Shown here in pieces: positions 1 to 10,100 of a stretch of 33,486 nucleotides of DNA. The DNA is from an uncultured bacterium (lineage in GTDB: Bacteria; AUK180). Position numbers and translations under genes: made by a program. Numbering within the stretch: position 1 is the first letter of the stretch; each line of letters begins with the position of its first letter. The DNA lies in assembly GCA_937863565.1 (NCBI GenBank), contig CALMGJ010000003.1, positions 1 through 33,486 on the forward strand. Direction: 5' to 3'. The notes beneath the pieces were generated by a model that was given only the letters and a program-made list of their open reading frames with translations, had not been told where the DNA came from and searched no databases.

Positions 1-152
1 AATAATAAAAATACATATTATTTTATTACACGGTTAACGTGTTAACGGGTTAACGAGTTGAAAAGCAGTGAGGCACTGCAGTGAAGAGTGAATAGTGAAT
101 AATAAAAATACATATTATTTTATTACACGGTTAACGTGTTAACGGGTTAACG
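1..152. repeat. 55-bp direct repeat (1-55 and 98-152, period 97) containing GTTAACGN octamer tandems
   Basis: AATAATAAAAATACATATTATTTTATTACACGGTTAACGTGTTAACGGGTTAACG is read at both 1 and 98. The first copy may be cut by the window edge. Confidence 0.9.
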
Positions 153-310
153 GGTTAAAAATAAGTGAATAGTGAAGAATGATAAATGATAAATGAAAAA
201 TGAAGAATAAAAAATACAAAATAAACTCGTTAACTCGAGGACATTCTTATGTCAACTCTCAAGCGGTCTTCCGCCAACCCGTTAACCGGATAATAAAGAC
301 ATAAATAATA

Positions 311-339
311 TTGACAAAATAAATAAAGTCGATTATAAT
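311..339 (+). promoter_or_regulatory. sigma70-type promoter of nrdR, probably leaderless
   Basis: TTGACA (311-316), 17-nt spacer, TATAAT (334-339). The ATG at 345 lies 5 nt downstream and there is no SD. Confidence 0.85.
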
Positions 340-344
340 ATACT

Positions 345-803
345 ATGAAATGCCCGTTTTGCGGAAGCGAAGACCTTAAAGTTAACGATACAAGAACAAG
401 GGGGAATATAATACGGAGGAAAAGGCAATGCCTCTCCTGCCAGAACACCTTCTTCAGCATTGAGATGATCGATCTTAGCGAGATCATGGTACAGAAGAGG
501 AAGGGCAATATCGAAGCATTCGACCGCTCGAAGATACTTACCGGGCTCAAGCGTGCTTTCAATAAGATCGATATCACTCAGGACGATATCATCAAGATCC
601 TTGATAATATAGAGATGGAGATCTACAGAAAAAAAACAAATGTTATAGCATCGGAAGATGTCGGGGAGATCGTTTTAAAATATCTCAAAGTTGTCAACGA
701 TATCGCTTATATAAGATTCCTTTCGGTTTACAGAGGATTTAAGAACCTAGAAGAATTCTATTTGGAGATAGCGAAACTCCGGGAAGAGCGAAAGAGGTCA
801 TAG
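345..803 (+). CDS. nrdR: Transcriptional repressor NrdR
   Basis: N-terminal Zn ribbon MKCPFC...RRKRQCLSC, ATP-cone start VQKRKGNIEAFDRSKI, C-terminal AYIRFLSVYR. Confidence 0.95.
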   Translation: MKCPFCGSEDLKVNDTRTRGNIIRRKRQCLSCQNTFFSIEMIDLSEIMVQKRKGNIEAFDRSKILTGLKRAFNKIDITQDDIIKILDNIEMEIYRKKTNVIASEDVGEIVLKYLKVVNDIAYIRFLSVYRGFKNLEEFYLEIAKLREERKRS

Positions 804-1616
804 ACCGAATTCTTTCTCTATCTGATCAAGATCGATCTCATCTTTGTAATTTATGATAAGATTCAGTATCAGGTTCAGAGTGTCCATAGGAATATTCGCT
901 TTTTCGAGATTCGAAAGATAATAACGATCATGCTCGGGAGATATCTTCCATTTTATCAGTTCTTCCTCGGAATTAAGAAGTCTGAAAGGAACGGGATACC
1001 GGCCCGTCATGATCCTGAAAGAGCTTATCCCAAGAGCATAATAATCGATATGCTTGCCGAGGTTCTGATTGAAAAAACTCTCCGGCGGCATGTAGTTGCG
1101 GGAAGAGAAAAGGGCATAACGGTACCGTTTGATGAATTTGGAGAAGAAAGGTATCCTGCGGCTTCGGAATTTCACGTAATTAAAACAGAAATCGGTTATC
1201 TTCGGTATCAAAGACCCGTTCTCAATGATGATATTGGATGTTTTAAAATCCCCGTGAATAAGCCCCGCTTCATGAAGGGCTTTTAATCCTGCGGCAAGGC
1301 TCCTCACAAGGGAATACTTATATTCATTGCTCATGATCTTGCCGTATTTTTTCAATTCGATGACATTATTTAAGGGTACGCCTTTAATGAACTCAGTGGT
1401 TATAGTGATGATATCCCCGTTAAAAGAGATGTTCTCAACTTTAACAAGGTAAGGTGAAATAATGCCCAATAGCCGCTTTCTGATACGGCTCCGCTCCGAG
1501 GAATCAAGATTCCGGATAATGCTCACTTTCAGGGTTTTTAAAAAATAAAGTTTCTCTCCGTCCACCAATTTGTACGACTCGCTTGCGATTGAGGAATGAA
1601 GCTTTACTCTTTGCAT
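798..1616 (-). CDS. Hanks-type Ser/Thr protein kinase, atypical motifs
   Basis: YFLK (VAIK position), TEFIKG hinge, IHGDFKTSNII catalytic loop, KITDFC, YMPPE, DYYALG, TGRYP. Confidence 0.85.
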   Translation of the reverse strand: MQRVKLHSSIASESYKLVDGEKLYFLKTLKVSIIRNLDSSERSRIRKRLLGIISPYLVKVENISFNGDIITITTEFIKGVPLNNVIELKKYGKIMSNEYKYSLVRSLAAGLKALHEAGLIHGDFKTSNIIIENGSLIPKITDFCFNYVKFRSRRIPFFSKFIKRYRYALFSSRNYMPPESFFNQNLGKHIDYYALGISSFRIMTGRYPVPFRLLNSEEELIKWKISPEHDRYYLSNLEKANIPMDTLNLILNLIINYKDEIDLDQIEKEFGL

Positions 1617-1644
1617 TGATTTTTTTTATACGATATAGTATAAT
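1616..1644 (+). promoter_or_regulatory. sigma70-type promoter of the 1650 gene, probably leaderless
   Basis: TTGATT (1616-1621), 17-nt spacer, TATAAT (1639-1644). The GTG start at 1650 lies 5 nt downstream. Confidence 0.7.
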
Positions 1645-1649
1645 GTATT

Positions 1650-2405
1650 GTGAAAATAAAGTCAATAAGCGAACTCAAAAGCACTTTTTTGACTGCGAAG
1701 ATATCCTATATCCATAAAAATCCCTATTACCTGTCACGCGAGACCGACCTTTTCGATCACGGTATTTTTCAGAAGATCGATTTTGATATTTTCAACCGCC
1801 TTGACTTCGATGCAGGTCTTATTCAAAAGGAGAAGGAGCACCTTATCATTTTGAGCAACGGCGGCATCGGGGCATTTCTCGGATTCCACGGAAGGGAAGC
1901 TTTTAACGGCCTGATGGATTATCTCTCCGGCCTTTATGCGACAATCGCGGTCTTTCTTCTCAGGAACGAAATAAAGGAGATCGGCCTTTCAGAGGAAGAG
2001 GTGCATATCATAGATCCCAAGGACGAACCACTGATAATGAAACCTTTTGAAAAAAGGGAATTCGAATATTACCGTGAATTCTTCCCGTATGCCTATTCGA
2101 TATCGAACGGCCGTCTTTCTGTCAATACGGTCCTTTATGAAATGTCCGACGGAAAGAGGAAAAGATTATGGGAGATTTCAGCCGCATTGAACAAAAAACC
2201 CGGAGTGGCCAAGGTCTATCTGGACAGGATGATGGAATGCGGATTGATAATGAAAGAGGATAAAGTCTATTTCATACCGTCCGCTTACTTCTGCGCCGGT
2301 CTTTCCGGAGCAAGGACGGAGATCATGATAACTGAGGCTTCACTGCCGAAAAAGAGGGAAAAGAAAGATGAAAGCAAGAAAAGCGATTTTGACTATCTTA
2401 ATTAG
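1650..2405 (+). CDS. Hypothetical protein with C-terminal winged-helix-like segment
   Basis: 251-aa ORF behind a good promoter and overlapping the next gene. LWEISAALNKKPGVAKVYLDRMMECGLIMKEDKVYFI has HTH-wing spacing. Confidence 0.65.
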   Translation: MKIKSISELKSTFLTAKISYIHKNPYYLSRETDLFDHGIFQKIDFDIFNRLDFDAGLIQKEKEHLIILSNGGIGAFLGFHGREAFNGLMDYLSGLYATIAVFLLRNEIKEIGLSEEEVHIIDPKDEPLIMKPFEKREFEYYREFFPYAYSISNGRLSVNTVLYEMSDGKRKRLWEISAALNKKPGVAKVYLDRMMECGLIMKEDKVYFIPSAYFCAGLSGARTEIMITEASLPKKREKKDESKKSDFDYLN

Positions 2406-4644
2406 TTTTGCAGTTTTAGGTTTTGTGTTTGCGGACAGCATAGATCTAATGGACGATTTCCGGGCAAATTCTCTTCACAAGAACCCGGCTAACCTGAAAT
2501 ATATCAGGCTTTTTGACAGTTTCCTCTATCTCGAAGGCAATGAGCACGGGATAGACAGATTCGTGTATAATAACGGTTTTTTGGGTTTTTCCGGTTTCTC
2601 TTACATTTACGACGATTCCTTTGCGGAAAGCCTTGGTGTTTTGAAATACCAGTCCCTGCTCTTTCCCGGGAAGAACTTCGCTCTGGGCATGTCGCTCAAT
2701 ATCCACCTCAATGAAGCGCTGACAAACTCGAACCTGTGGTTCACGCTCGGCGCTACATACCATTTCAAAGACATTATCGGGTTGAGCTTCGTTTACAATA
2801 ATCCGGGTAATATCGCCAATCCCTGCGAGGGGGAGAATTTCCAGGGGTGGCTGACATTGAAGATCGGGAGAATAGCATCGATCCAGGGGGAGATCTCCTT
2901 CTTCCGCGAAATAGAGACATACGGGGGCGCTTTGAATTTCAATATACCCTCCGGCGCCGAATGGTCGATATACGCAAAAAAGAACGGTTCTTTCATCATC
3001 GGTGCTTCTCTGAAGACAGGCTTTGATCTGGCGGGTTTCTACTACGGTTTCTCCCGCAATGACGATGCATCCGAGAACAGGTATTCGATAGGGATGTACG
3101 GAGGCTTTGGCCGAGGTCCCGAAATAAAAACGAAAAGCCGGAAGTACAAACTAACGATCTCCGGCGAATATTCGATGCTCGGGAAAAAGGGCTTCTTCTC
3201 CAGGGTCAATGCGCTCTCGGAGACCGTAATAGTGCTTTCGGAACTGGTAAAGCAGGATTTCGACGAACTTCTGATAACGATAAGATCCAATAATCTTTCA
3301 TATGCGGATATATACGCCGTATCGGAGAAGATAAGGGAGATCCGCGGTGTCGGCAGAAAGGTCATCGCCTATCTTCCCGAAGGCTCCGTCAGCTTCAAGG
3401 ATTATTTCCTTGCTCTTGAGGCGGATGAGATCTATGCGGCTCCCGAAGCAACGCTCTTCATCGGAGGCATCTATTCGGATTCTTTTTACTACAAAGGTAT
3501 TCTTAATTTCTTCAAGATAGACGCCCAGTTCGTAAAACCTGATGACTGTATCTATAAATCCGCTCCCGAAACATATACGGAAAAAGAACCGACGCCGCCG
3601 GCTTTGGAGAACAGAAAGGAGATATTCGAAGCCCTTTACAATGCGGTGACTTCAAAGATCTCCGAAAGAAGAGGTATAGAGGAAGGTTCATTGAAGATCC
3701 TCATAGACAATTTCCCCATCCTTGCATCTTCCGAAGCGGAAAAATACGATCTTATTGAAGGAGTATATTACGAAAAGGAGTTCGAGGAGAAATTCCTGAA
3801 AAAGGCGGCCCCCATGAAAATTCCTTATGAGGATTATTCATACGGGCCGGAAAAATACATTGCTGTAGTAGAGATGAAGGGCATGATACTTTCAGGTAAC
3901 GAATATTCTCCCCTTCTTGGCGACCTCATACTGGACAATGCATATGAGCATTTGTTCAACAGGATAGAGAAGACCAAGAACATCCGTTCGGTCGTTCTCA
4001 TCGTAGATTCCCCGGGCGGCGATGCTTTCGCCTCGGAGAGGATAAATTACCGGATCAAACGCCTTAAGGAAAAGGGAAAGAAGGTGTATATATTCTTCAG
4101 CCACGTTGCGGCCTCCGGCGGTTATTACATCTCTGTGCCGGCAGATATAATCTATGCAACACCTTTTACGATCACCGGTTCGATAGGCATATTCAGCGGG
4201 AAATTCTATCTCGGGGATTTCTATAAAATGATCAAGATCAATCCATTCTCTTTAAAATTCGGGGAGAACGCCGATATTTATAGCCCGTTCGAAAAATGGG
4301 GGGATAAAGAAACGGATATCATCAAGAAGCACATAAACATATTCTATGATACTTTCAAACTGCATGTCTCGGAAGGAAGAAAGATGGCTCCGGCCAGAGT
4401 GTCGGAACTTGCCGGCGGCAGGGTATACCTGGGCGAAAAGGCGAAACAGGAGGGCCTTATAGACGATATCGGATCGTTCGATTCCCTCCTGGACCTTGTG
4501 TTCTGGGATATGGGAATGAAGAAGAATTACGGGAAGATCCAGTATTGCTCGACTGAAGGCGGATTGTTCGGCGGACTCAAGAACATGGCAAGATTCCCTT
4601 CCTTTGAGAAAATGAATTTCTGGATGCTTTACTTAGGAGAATGA
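2368..4644 (+). CDS. sppA: Signal peptide peptidase SppA (S49, tandem-domain type) with an extra N-terminal beta-rich domain
   Basis: Signal peptide; YKSAPE; VDSPGGDAFAS; AASGGYYIS (catalytic Ser); TITGSIGIF; GGRVYLG; GLIDDIG. Confidence 0.9.
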   Translation: MKARKAILTILISFAVLGFVFADSIDLMDDFRANSLHKNPANLKYIRLFDSFLYLEGNEHGIDRFVYNNGFLGFSGFSYIYDDSFAESLGVLKYQSLLFPGKNFALGMSLNIHLNEALTNSNLWFTLGATYHFKDIIGLSFVYNNPGNIANPCEGENFQGWLTLKIGRIASIQGEISFFREIETYGGALNFNIPSGAEWSIYAKKNGSFIIGASLKTGFDLAGFYYGFSRNDDASENRYSIGMYGGFGRGPEIKTKSRKYKLTISGEYSMLGKKGFFSRVNALSETVIVLSELVKQDFDELLITIRSNNLSYADIYAVSEKIREIRGVGRKVIAYLPEGSVSFKDYFLALEADEIYAAPEATLFIGGIYSDSFYYKGILNFFKIDAQFVKPDDCIYKSAPETYTEKEPTPPALENRKEIFEALYNAVTSKISERRGIEEGSLKILIDNFPILASSEAEKYDLIEGVYYEKEFEEKFLKKAAPMKIPYEDYSYGPEKYIAVVEMKGMILSGNEYSPLLGDLILDNAYEHLFNRIEKTKNIRSVVLIVDSPGGDAFASERINYRIKRLKEKGKKVYIFFSHVAASGGYYISVPADIIYATPFTITGSIGIFSGKFYLGDFYKMIKINPFSLKFGENADIYSPFEKWGDKETDIIKKHINIFYDTFKLHVSEGRKMAPARVSELAGGRVYLGEKAKQEGLIDDIGSFDSLLDLVFWDMGMKKNYGKIQYCSTEGGLFGGLKNMARFPSFEKMNFWMLYLGE

Positions 4645-4645
4645 A

Positions 4646-7105
4646 ATGGAAAATTTCTCGGAAGAATCCAAGCGCATCCTGAAACGCGCGAGCGAATACG
4701 CGATAAATCTGAACAATGAACTCCTCTCACCGGAACACATACTGCTCGGGATACTCGACCTGGGAGAATCCGATATGGCCAGCTCATATCTGATCAAGAA
4801 GGGTGTTCTGAAAGATGAGGTCCTGAAGTCCGTAAAAATGATCGAGCGGCCGAAACTCCTTTTCCCTTTCCTCCAGGTAACTTTCGCTCCTAACACGAAA
4901 AACCTGATAGACATGGCCCTCACGGAGGCGAGGAACCTTCAGGAAGAACTCGTTCAACCGAAACATATCCTGCTTGCCATGCTCAGGCTCGAAGATTCCT
5001 GGGCTACCAAGATCATTCAAAATCTCGGCCTTGAACCGAAGGAACTCTACAAAGAATTCTATGCGATAATAAGAACTAAGAACAAAAGAGTGAAACCCTC
5101 GGCGATGTTCGAAGAGAAGGAGGAGTTCTTCAAAGCGAACCCCGATTCCGAAACCCCGAACCTGGATGAATTCTCGAGAGACCTTACCGACCTTGCCGCC
5201 AAAGGAAAACTGGACCCCATCATCGGCAGGGAAAAGGAGATCGAGCGCCTTATCATGATACTTATGAGAAGGAAGAAGAACAATCCCGCACTTATCGGCG
5301 AACCGGGGGTGGGCAAGACCGCGATCGTGGAAGGTCTCGCACAGAAGATCGTGAAAAGCAGCGTCCCGGAAAATCTCAAGAATAAAAAGATCAAGATGCT
5401 CGATCTTGCCGCGATCGTTGCGGGAACGAAATACCGCGGGCAGTTCGAAGGCAGGATGAAGAAGATCCTTCAGGAATTGGAGAACGCCCAGAATGTGATC
5501 CTTTTTCTTGACGAGCTGCATCTCGTCGTCGGAGCAGGTTCTGCCGAAGGATCATTAGATGCCTCTGCTATGATGAAACCGGCCTTGGCCAGAGGCGAGA
5601 TACAGTGCATCGGCGCGACGACGCTGGATGAGTTCAGGAAACACATAGAGAAGGACAGAGCGCTGGACAGAAGATTCCAGAAGATACTCGTCAATGAACC
5701 GGGCATTGAGGAGACGATCAAGATCATCGAGGGCATCAAAGATAAATACGAGGCATTTCACAAGGTTGTCTTCACTCAGGAAGCGATCCGCGCGTCCGTT
5801 CATCTTGCCAAACGCTATATTACCGACAGGTTCCTTCCCGATAAGGCCATTGACCTCATAGACGAATCCGGAGCCAATGCCCGCATCAAGGCCCTTACCC
5901 TGCCCAAAGAAGTGACCGATCACGAACTCAAGATAGAAAAACTCCTGAAGGAGTTCAAGATGTACTTGAACAATCAGGACTTCATAAAGGCTTCGGAGAA
6001 GAACACGGAGCTTGAGAAGATCAAAGCGGATTACGAGAAGAAGAAGGAAGAATGGATAGAGAAAAAACTTAATGAGATAAAAGTGATCGACGAGAATCTG
6101 ATTGCCGAGGTCGTGTCGACAGCCACGAACATTCACGTGTACAGGATCGCGGAAGGCGAAGGTCAGAAACTTCTGAGGATGGAAGAGGATATCCATAAAA
6201 GGCTGATCGGGCAGAACGAGGCGGTCAATGTCCTCGCAAAAGCGATCAGGCGCGCCCGTTCGGGGATGAAGGACCCGCGCCGGCCTATCGGATCCTTTAT
6301 ATTCCTTGGGCCTACGGGAGTAGGGAAGACCGAACTGGCCAAAGCGCTCGCAGAATTCATTTTCGACACGGAAGATGCGCTTATCAGGATAGACATGTCG
6401 GAATATATGGAGCAGTATTCAGTATCAAAGCTCATAGGAGCGCCTCCGGGATATGTGGGATACGAAGAAGGCGGTTTTCTGACGGAAGCGATAAGAAGAA
6501 GGCCCTATTCTGTTATTCTGTTCGATGAAATGGAAAAAGCGCACCCGGATCTTTTCAATGTTCTATTACAGATACTCGATGACGGACGCCTTACGGACTC
6601 GGACGGACGCGTAGTCGACTTCAAGAATACGGTGATCATCTTCACTTCCAATATCGCGGCAATGGAGATATCGAGCGCCAAGAAACTCGGGTTCAATCTC
6701 AACATTACCGAAGAACAGAACTATGAGGAGATGCGCGCTAAAGTTCTCGAATATCTTAAAAAGAGCGTGCGGCCCGAGTTTTTGAACAGGATCGACGAGA
6801 TCATCGTTTTCAAACAGCTCAACAAGGATGAACTTTACCTCATTATCGAGATCATGCTGGATGAACTGCGGACACGCCTTAAGGCGAAGAATCTTGATCT
6901 CAAGGTCCCGAAAAGCGTAAAAGACCTTATTCTGGAAACCGGTTACAATCCCGAATACGGGGCCAGGCCGCTCCGCCGAGCAGTACAGTCACTCATCGAA
7001 GATATGCTGGCCGAGGAACTGTTGAAGGATACCGGACTTGAGGGAGGCACGATAAAATTGAAGAAGGTAGGTGAGAAGATCGGCTTCACTTTTGAAAAGG
7101 CATAA
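4646..7105 (+). CDS. clpC: ATP-dependent Clp protease ATP-binding subunit, ClpC type
   Basis: Two N-terminal Clp repeats (PEHILLG, PKHILLA), Walker A motifs GEPGVGKT and GPTGVGKT, a short UVR-like middle coiled coil, a KLGF ClpP-binding-type loop and YGARPLRR; 819 aa. Confidence 0.93.
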   Translation: MENFSEESKRILKRASEYAINLNNELLSPEHILLGILDLGESDMASSYLIKKGVLKDEVLKSVKMIERPKLLFPFLQVTFAPNTKNLIDMALTEARNLQEELVQPKHILLAMLRLEDSWATKIIQNLGLEPKELYKEFYAIIRTKNKRVKPSAMFEEKEEFFKANPDSETPNLDEFSRDLTDLAAKGKLDPIIGREKEIERLIMILMRRKKNNPALIGEPGVGKTAIVEGLAQKIVKSSVPENLKNKKIKMLDLAAIVAGTKYRGQFEGRMKKILQELENAQNVILFLDELHLVVGAGSAEGSLDASAMMKPALARGEIQCIGATTLDEFRKHIEKDRALDRRFQKILVNEPGIEETIKIIEGIKDKYEAFHKVVFTQEAIRASVHLAKRYITDRFLPDKAIDLIDESGANARIKALTLPKEVTDHELKIEKLLKEFKMYLNNQDFIKASEKNTELEKIKADYEKKKEEWIEKKLNEIKVIDENLIAEVVSTATNIHVYRIAEGEGQKLLRMEEDIHKRLIGQNEAVNVLAKAIRRARSGMKDPRRPIGSFIFLGPTGVGKTELAKALAEFIFDTEDALIRIDMSEYMEQYSVSKLIGAPPGYVGYEEGGFLTEAIRRRPYSVILFDEMEKAHPDLFNVLLQILDDGRLTDSDGRVVDFKNTVIIFTSNIAAMEISSAKKLGFNLNITEEQNYEEMRAKVLEYLKKSVRPEFLNRIDEIIVFKQLNKDELYLIIEIMLDELRTRLKAKNLDLKVPKSVKDLILETGYNPEYGARPLRRAVQSLIEDMLAEELLKDTGLEGGTIKLKKVGEKIGFTFEKA

Positions 7106-10100
7106 AGCGCTCGGTATTCTGATCCTCGCCGTTCTTGTTGTGGTGTTTTTATGGCTTGTCCTTTGCGCTTTGGTCCCTGTACACCTTAAAAAAAAATACG
7201 GCATAACTTACCAGAGCATTCATTTAAACTTCAAGGGTGTTCTTCATCTTGATAATGCCGTCTACGATACGGAAGCGTTCCGGCTCGAAGCCGGATATGT
7301 GTCCGCATCACTCTTTGAAGCATTGGCAGGAAAGCCTTCGCTCAATATCGGCCAAGGCCGGCTTACCGTTAAAGATCTGAAAAGCATTTCCGGGCCACGC
7401 GCCTCCGGAATCGCCGCGCTCACCGCCCACGACATTTCCATTATAGTTCGAGGCAGGGATATCGGATCCTTTAACGCGGTCCTGAGCGGAGAGGAACTCT
7501 CAGGAACATATGCCGGGCCTTTCTTTAAAGCATCGTTCAGCCTTTCCGGAAACAAGGTAAAAGCGGAAAGCATCAACTTCCCGTTATTAAAGAATTTTAA
7601 AGCCGAATATAATCTTAAAGAAGAAAAGGGCGAAATGGAAGCAGGCCCCTGGAGGGCCGGATTCAGAAAATCCGGGGACGGTTTTCTCGTTGAAGGAGAG
7701 GGGATAGACCTGGAGGCGGGAGCAAGGACCATAAGGATCAGGGAGCTTGCGTATAAAGATTTCTCAATGACTGGCGAAGCGGATATCGAAAAGAAAGAAT
7801 ACCGGGGAGTGATCAGGAATTCCAAAAGTAAAAGCATAACATTCACCGGAACGCCCGAAGGTGTAAAGGCGTTTTCCGAGACCGGCGCCCAGATCCTTTA
7901 TCTGAATAAAAATACAGTGGCAGCCGATCTTTTTTTAAAGGATATCATTCCTTCTCCGTTTAATGCATATCTGAAACTCTCCGGAGATCCCGCGAAAAAA
8001 ATTGATATTGCCCTCAATAATATTACGTATGAAGGAGAGAATATTGAATCCCTGAAAGGGATTCTGGATGCCGGGAAAAAGACGCTCAATCTCTCCAACG
8101 AACCGGGAAATATCAACATATTCTCTCGTCTGGACAAATACGAAGCAACCATTGAAATAAGATCGTATGATATTAATTACCTTGCGGCGCTTATAAGAAG
8201 AGTATCCGGCCTGGCCCTGGGATCCGGAGTGATATCCTATGCTTTTATCGTGCTTAGAGCATCAGGCGATCATTCGGTGACCGCCGAACTCGAGGGCCTT
8301 GATATCGCCGGCCTGCGCGATATCCGGGTGACCATAGAAAAAGGCCAGCCGGAGGCGCAGTTCGCGCTCACCGCTTTCTACAGGGATGCCGTGTTAAAAG
8401 GACGGTTTGATGAAAAAGGCCTAAAAGGCCGCCTCTCAGGGCATTATTCCTCCGGAGCGTTCAGGGTAGAATTCACGGATATCGCGGCGGAAATGAACAG
8501 AGATGGCCTTGTATTTCTGGACATGAACCCTTTGCAGATAAAGATGGACAGATATACGGCAGATGTCTCCGGGAAAATGTACTATAAGAACAGTACTCTC
8601 ATTTTTGATCATGTCCGTTTCCTCGATGGAGATTTCCACGGGACCATGGACCTTCATAAAAATTCGAAGATCGATTCACGGATCGACCTTTCCGTTCTTG
8701 ATAAGAACCTTCCTTCCGGGGTTGCGATAAGCATCGGCAAAAGGCAGGAGCATTTTTTTATTCTTCTTGATCACGATATCCTGAAATGCGATCTGATATT
8801 CAAGAAAACGGTCGAGATCAACGGGCTCATGTTCAAAAAAGACGGCATCACCGCCGCTTTTGACGGAACATTCGGCAATGGCGTTCTTTCCGGGGAATCA
8901 GCCGTGAAAGGAGAACATTTCGAGGTCTCCGGAAATATTTTTCTCAAAGCGGAGGAAAAGGAAGGGACGTTTTTCGTGCATAATCTTAGACTTCCCGGGA
9001 ACGAGTTCAACGATTCCTATGTGAATTTCAGGCTTTCCGGAGATATCGCGTTCACCGGCGCTCTCGGCGCAGGGATTCTTTTTTCCGGGACCTGGTCCCG
9101 CGGGAAGTACTTTATAAATGCCTCGCTGGATGCGGCTGTCATAGACCTTGGGGAAAAAGGCATCTGGAAGATCAGCGGTAGTGCTCTTTTGAACAACCGG
9201 GATGCTCCGGAACTCACCTGCGATATTTCCGGGGAATCAAGCGGATTCGAGGCGTCCGGGCAGACAATAGGGCAATTCAGCTTCAACACCGTTTTCAGGT
9301 ATGCCGCCGGCGTTCTGAACCTGAATTTTTTCTATATTGACGGCGTAAATCTGAGAACTTACGGAAAGGGTATTTACAAAAGCGCGAAGGAGATGAAATT
9401 CCTTTTCAACAGCTTTGCCTACAGGAAAGAGAATTTCAGTTTAACGCTTTCGGGAGAGGTCGATATCTTCGGAGGTATCAGATATCTGGATATAAGGGAC
9501 ATCAAGCTCGTTTCGGGCGGCACGCTGGCCTTGAAGAGACTCCTGTGGACGGCAGGCCCTTCCGGTGCGTTCAGCGCGGAATCATTAGTTCTTAACCTAT
9601 TCGGGCAAAAGATCGGGGGCGATATAAAAGGGAATATCGGCAACGGTATATTCAGCGGAGAGCACAAGGACCTTTTCATCGGCGGCACTGCCTATGCGGG
9701 CGGTCCCGTCTCTGTAGAACCTAAAGGTAAAGGAAGATTCATCATAAACATCAAGGAAACCGTGAAAAAGGCTCTTATGCCGATAATCGAGGCCAATGTG
9801 AGGTTCTCCGGTGATGAAGTGCTCGTCGACGATCTGTATTTCCACCGCGAGAAGGGTTCTCTTTTCGCAAGGGGAACTCTCGGCGGGAACATTAGCCTTT
9901 ATCTCAAACTGGAGGATTTCCCTCTGCGCTCCAAGCAGCCTTTCTTCTCCTGCGATATCCTTGCCGGCGGAGAGATCAATGCGGGAGGAAGTTTTTTAAG
10001 GCCGGATATTTTCTTCGATATAAGTTCGGAGAAGGGAAGTGTGAACGAACTCAAGTATAAAGAGTGCCGGTTCCGCGGGCGTATCGCGGACAATATTCTC

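Noticed and set aside
1-152. CRISPR array
   Set aside because: Only two copies; the 55-bp unit is low-complexity, the intervening sequence is itself repetitive, and no cas genes are present.
230-577. 115-aa minus-strand ORF
   Set aside because: It overlaps nrdR and its promoter antisense and has no recognisable features.
4784-6705. Several minus-strand ORFs of 66-245 aa
   Set aside because: Antisense shadows of clpC.
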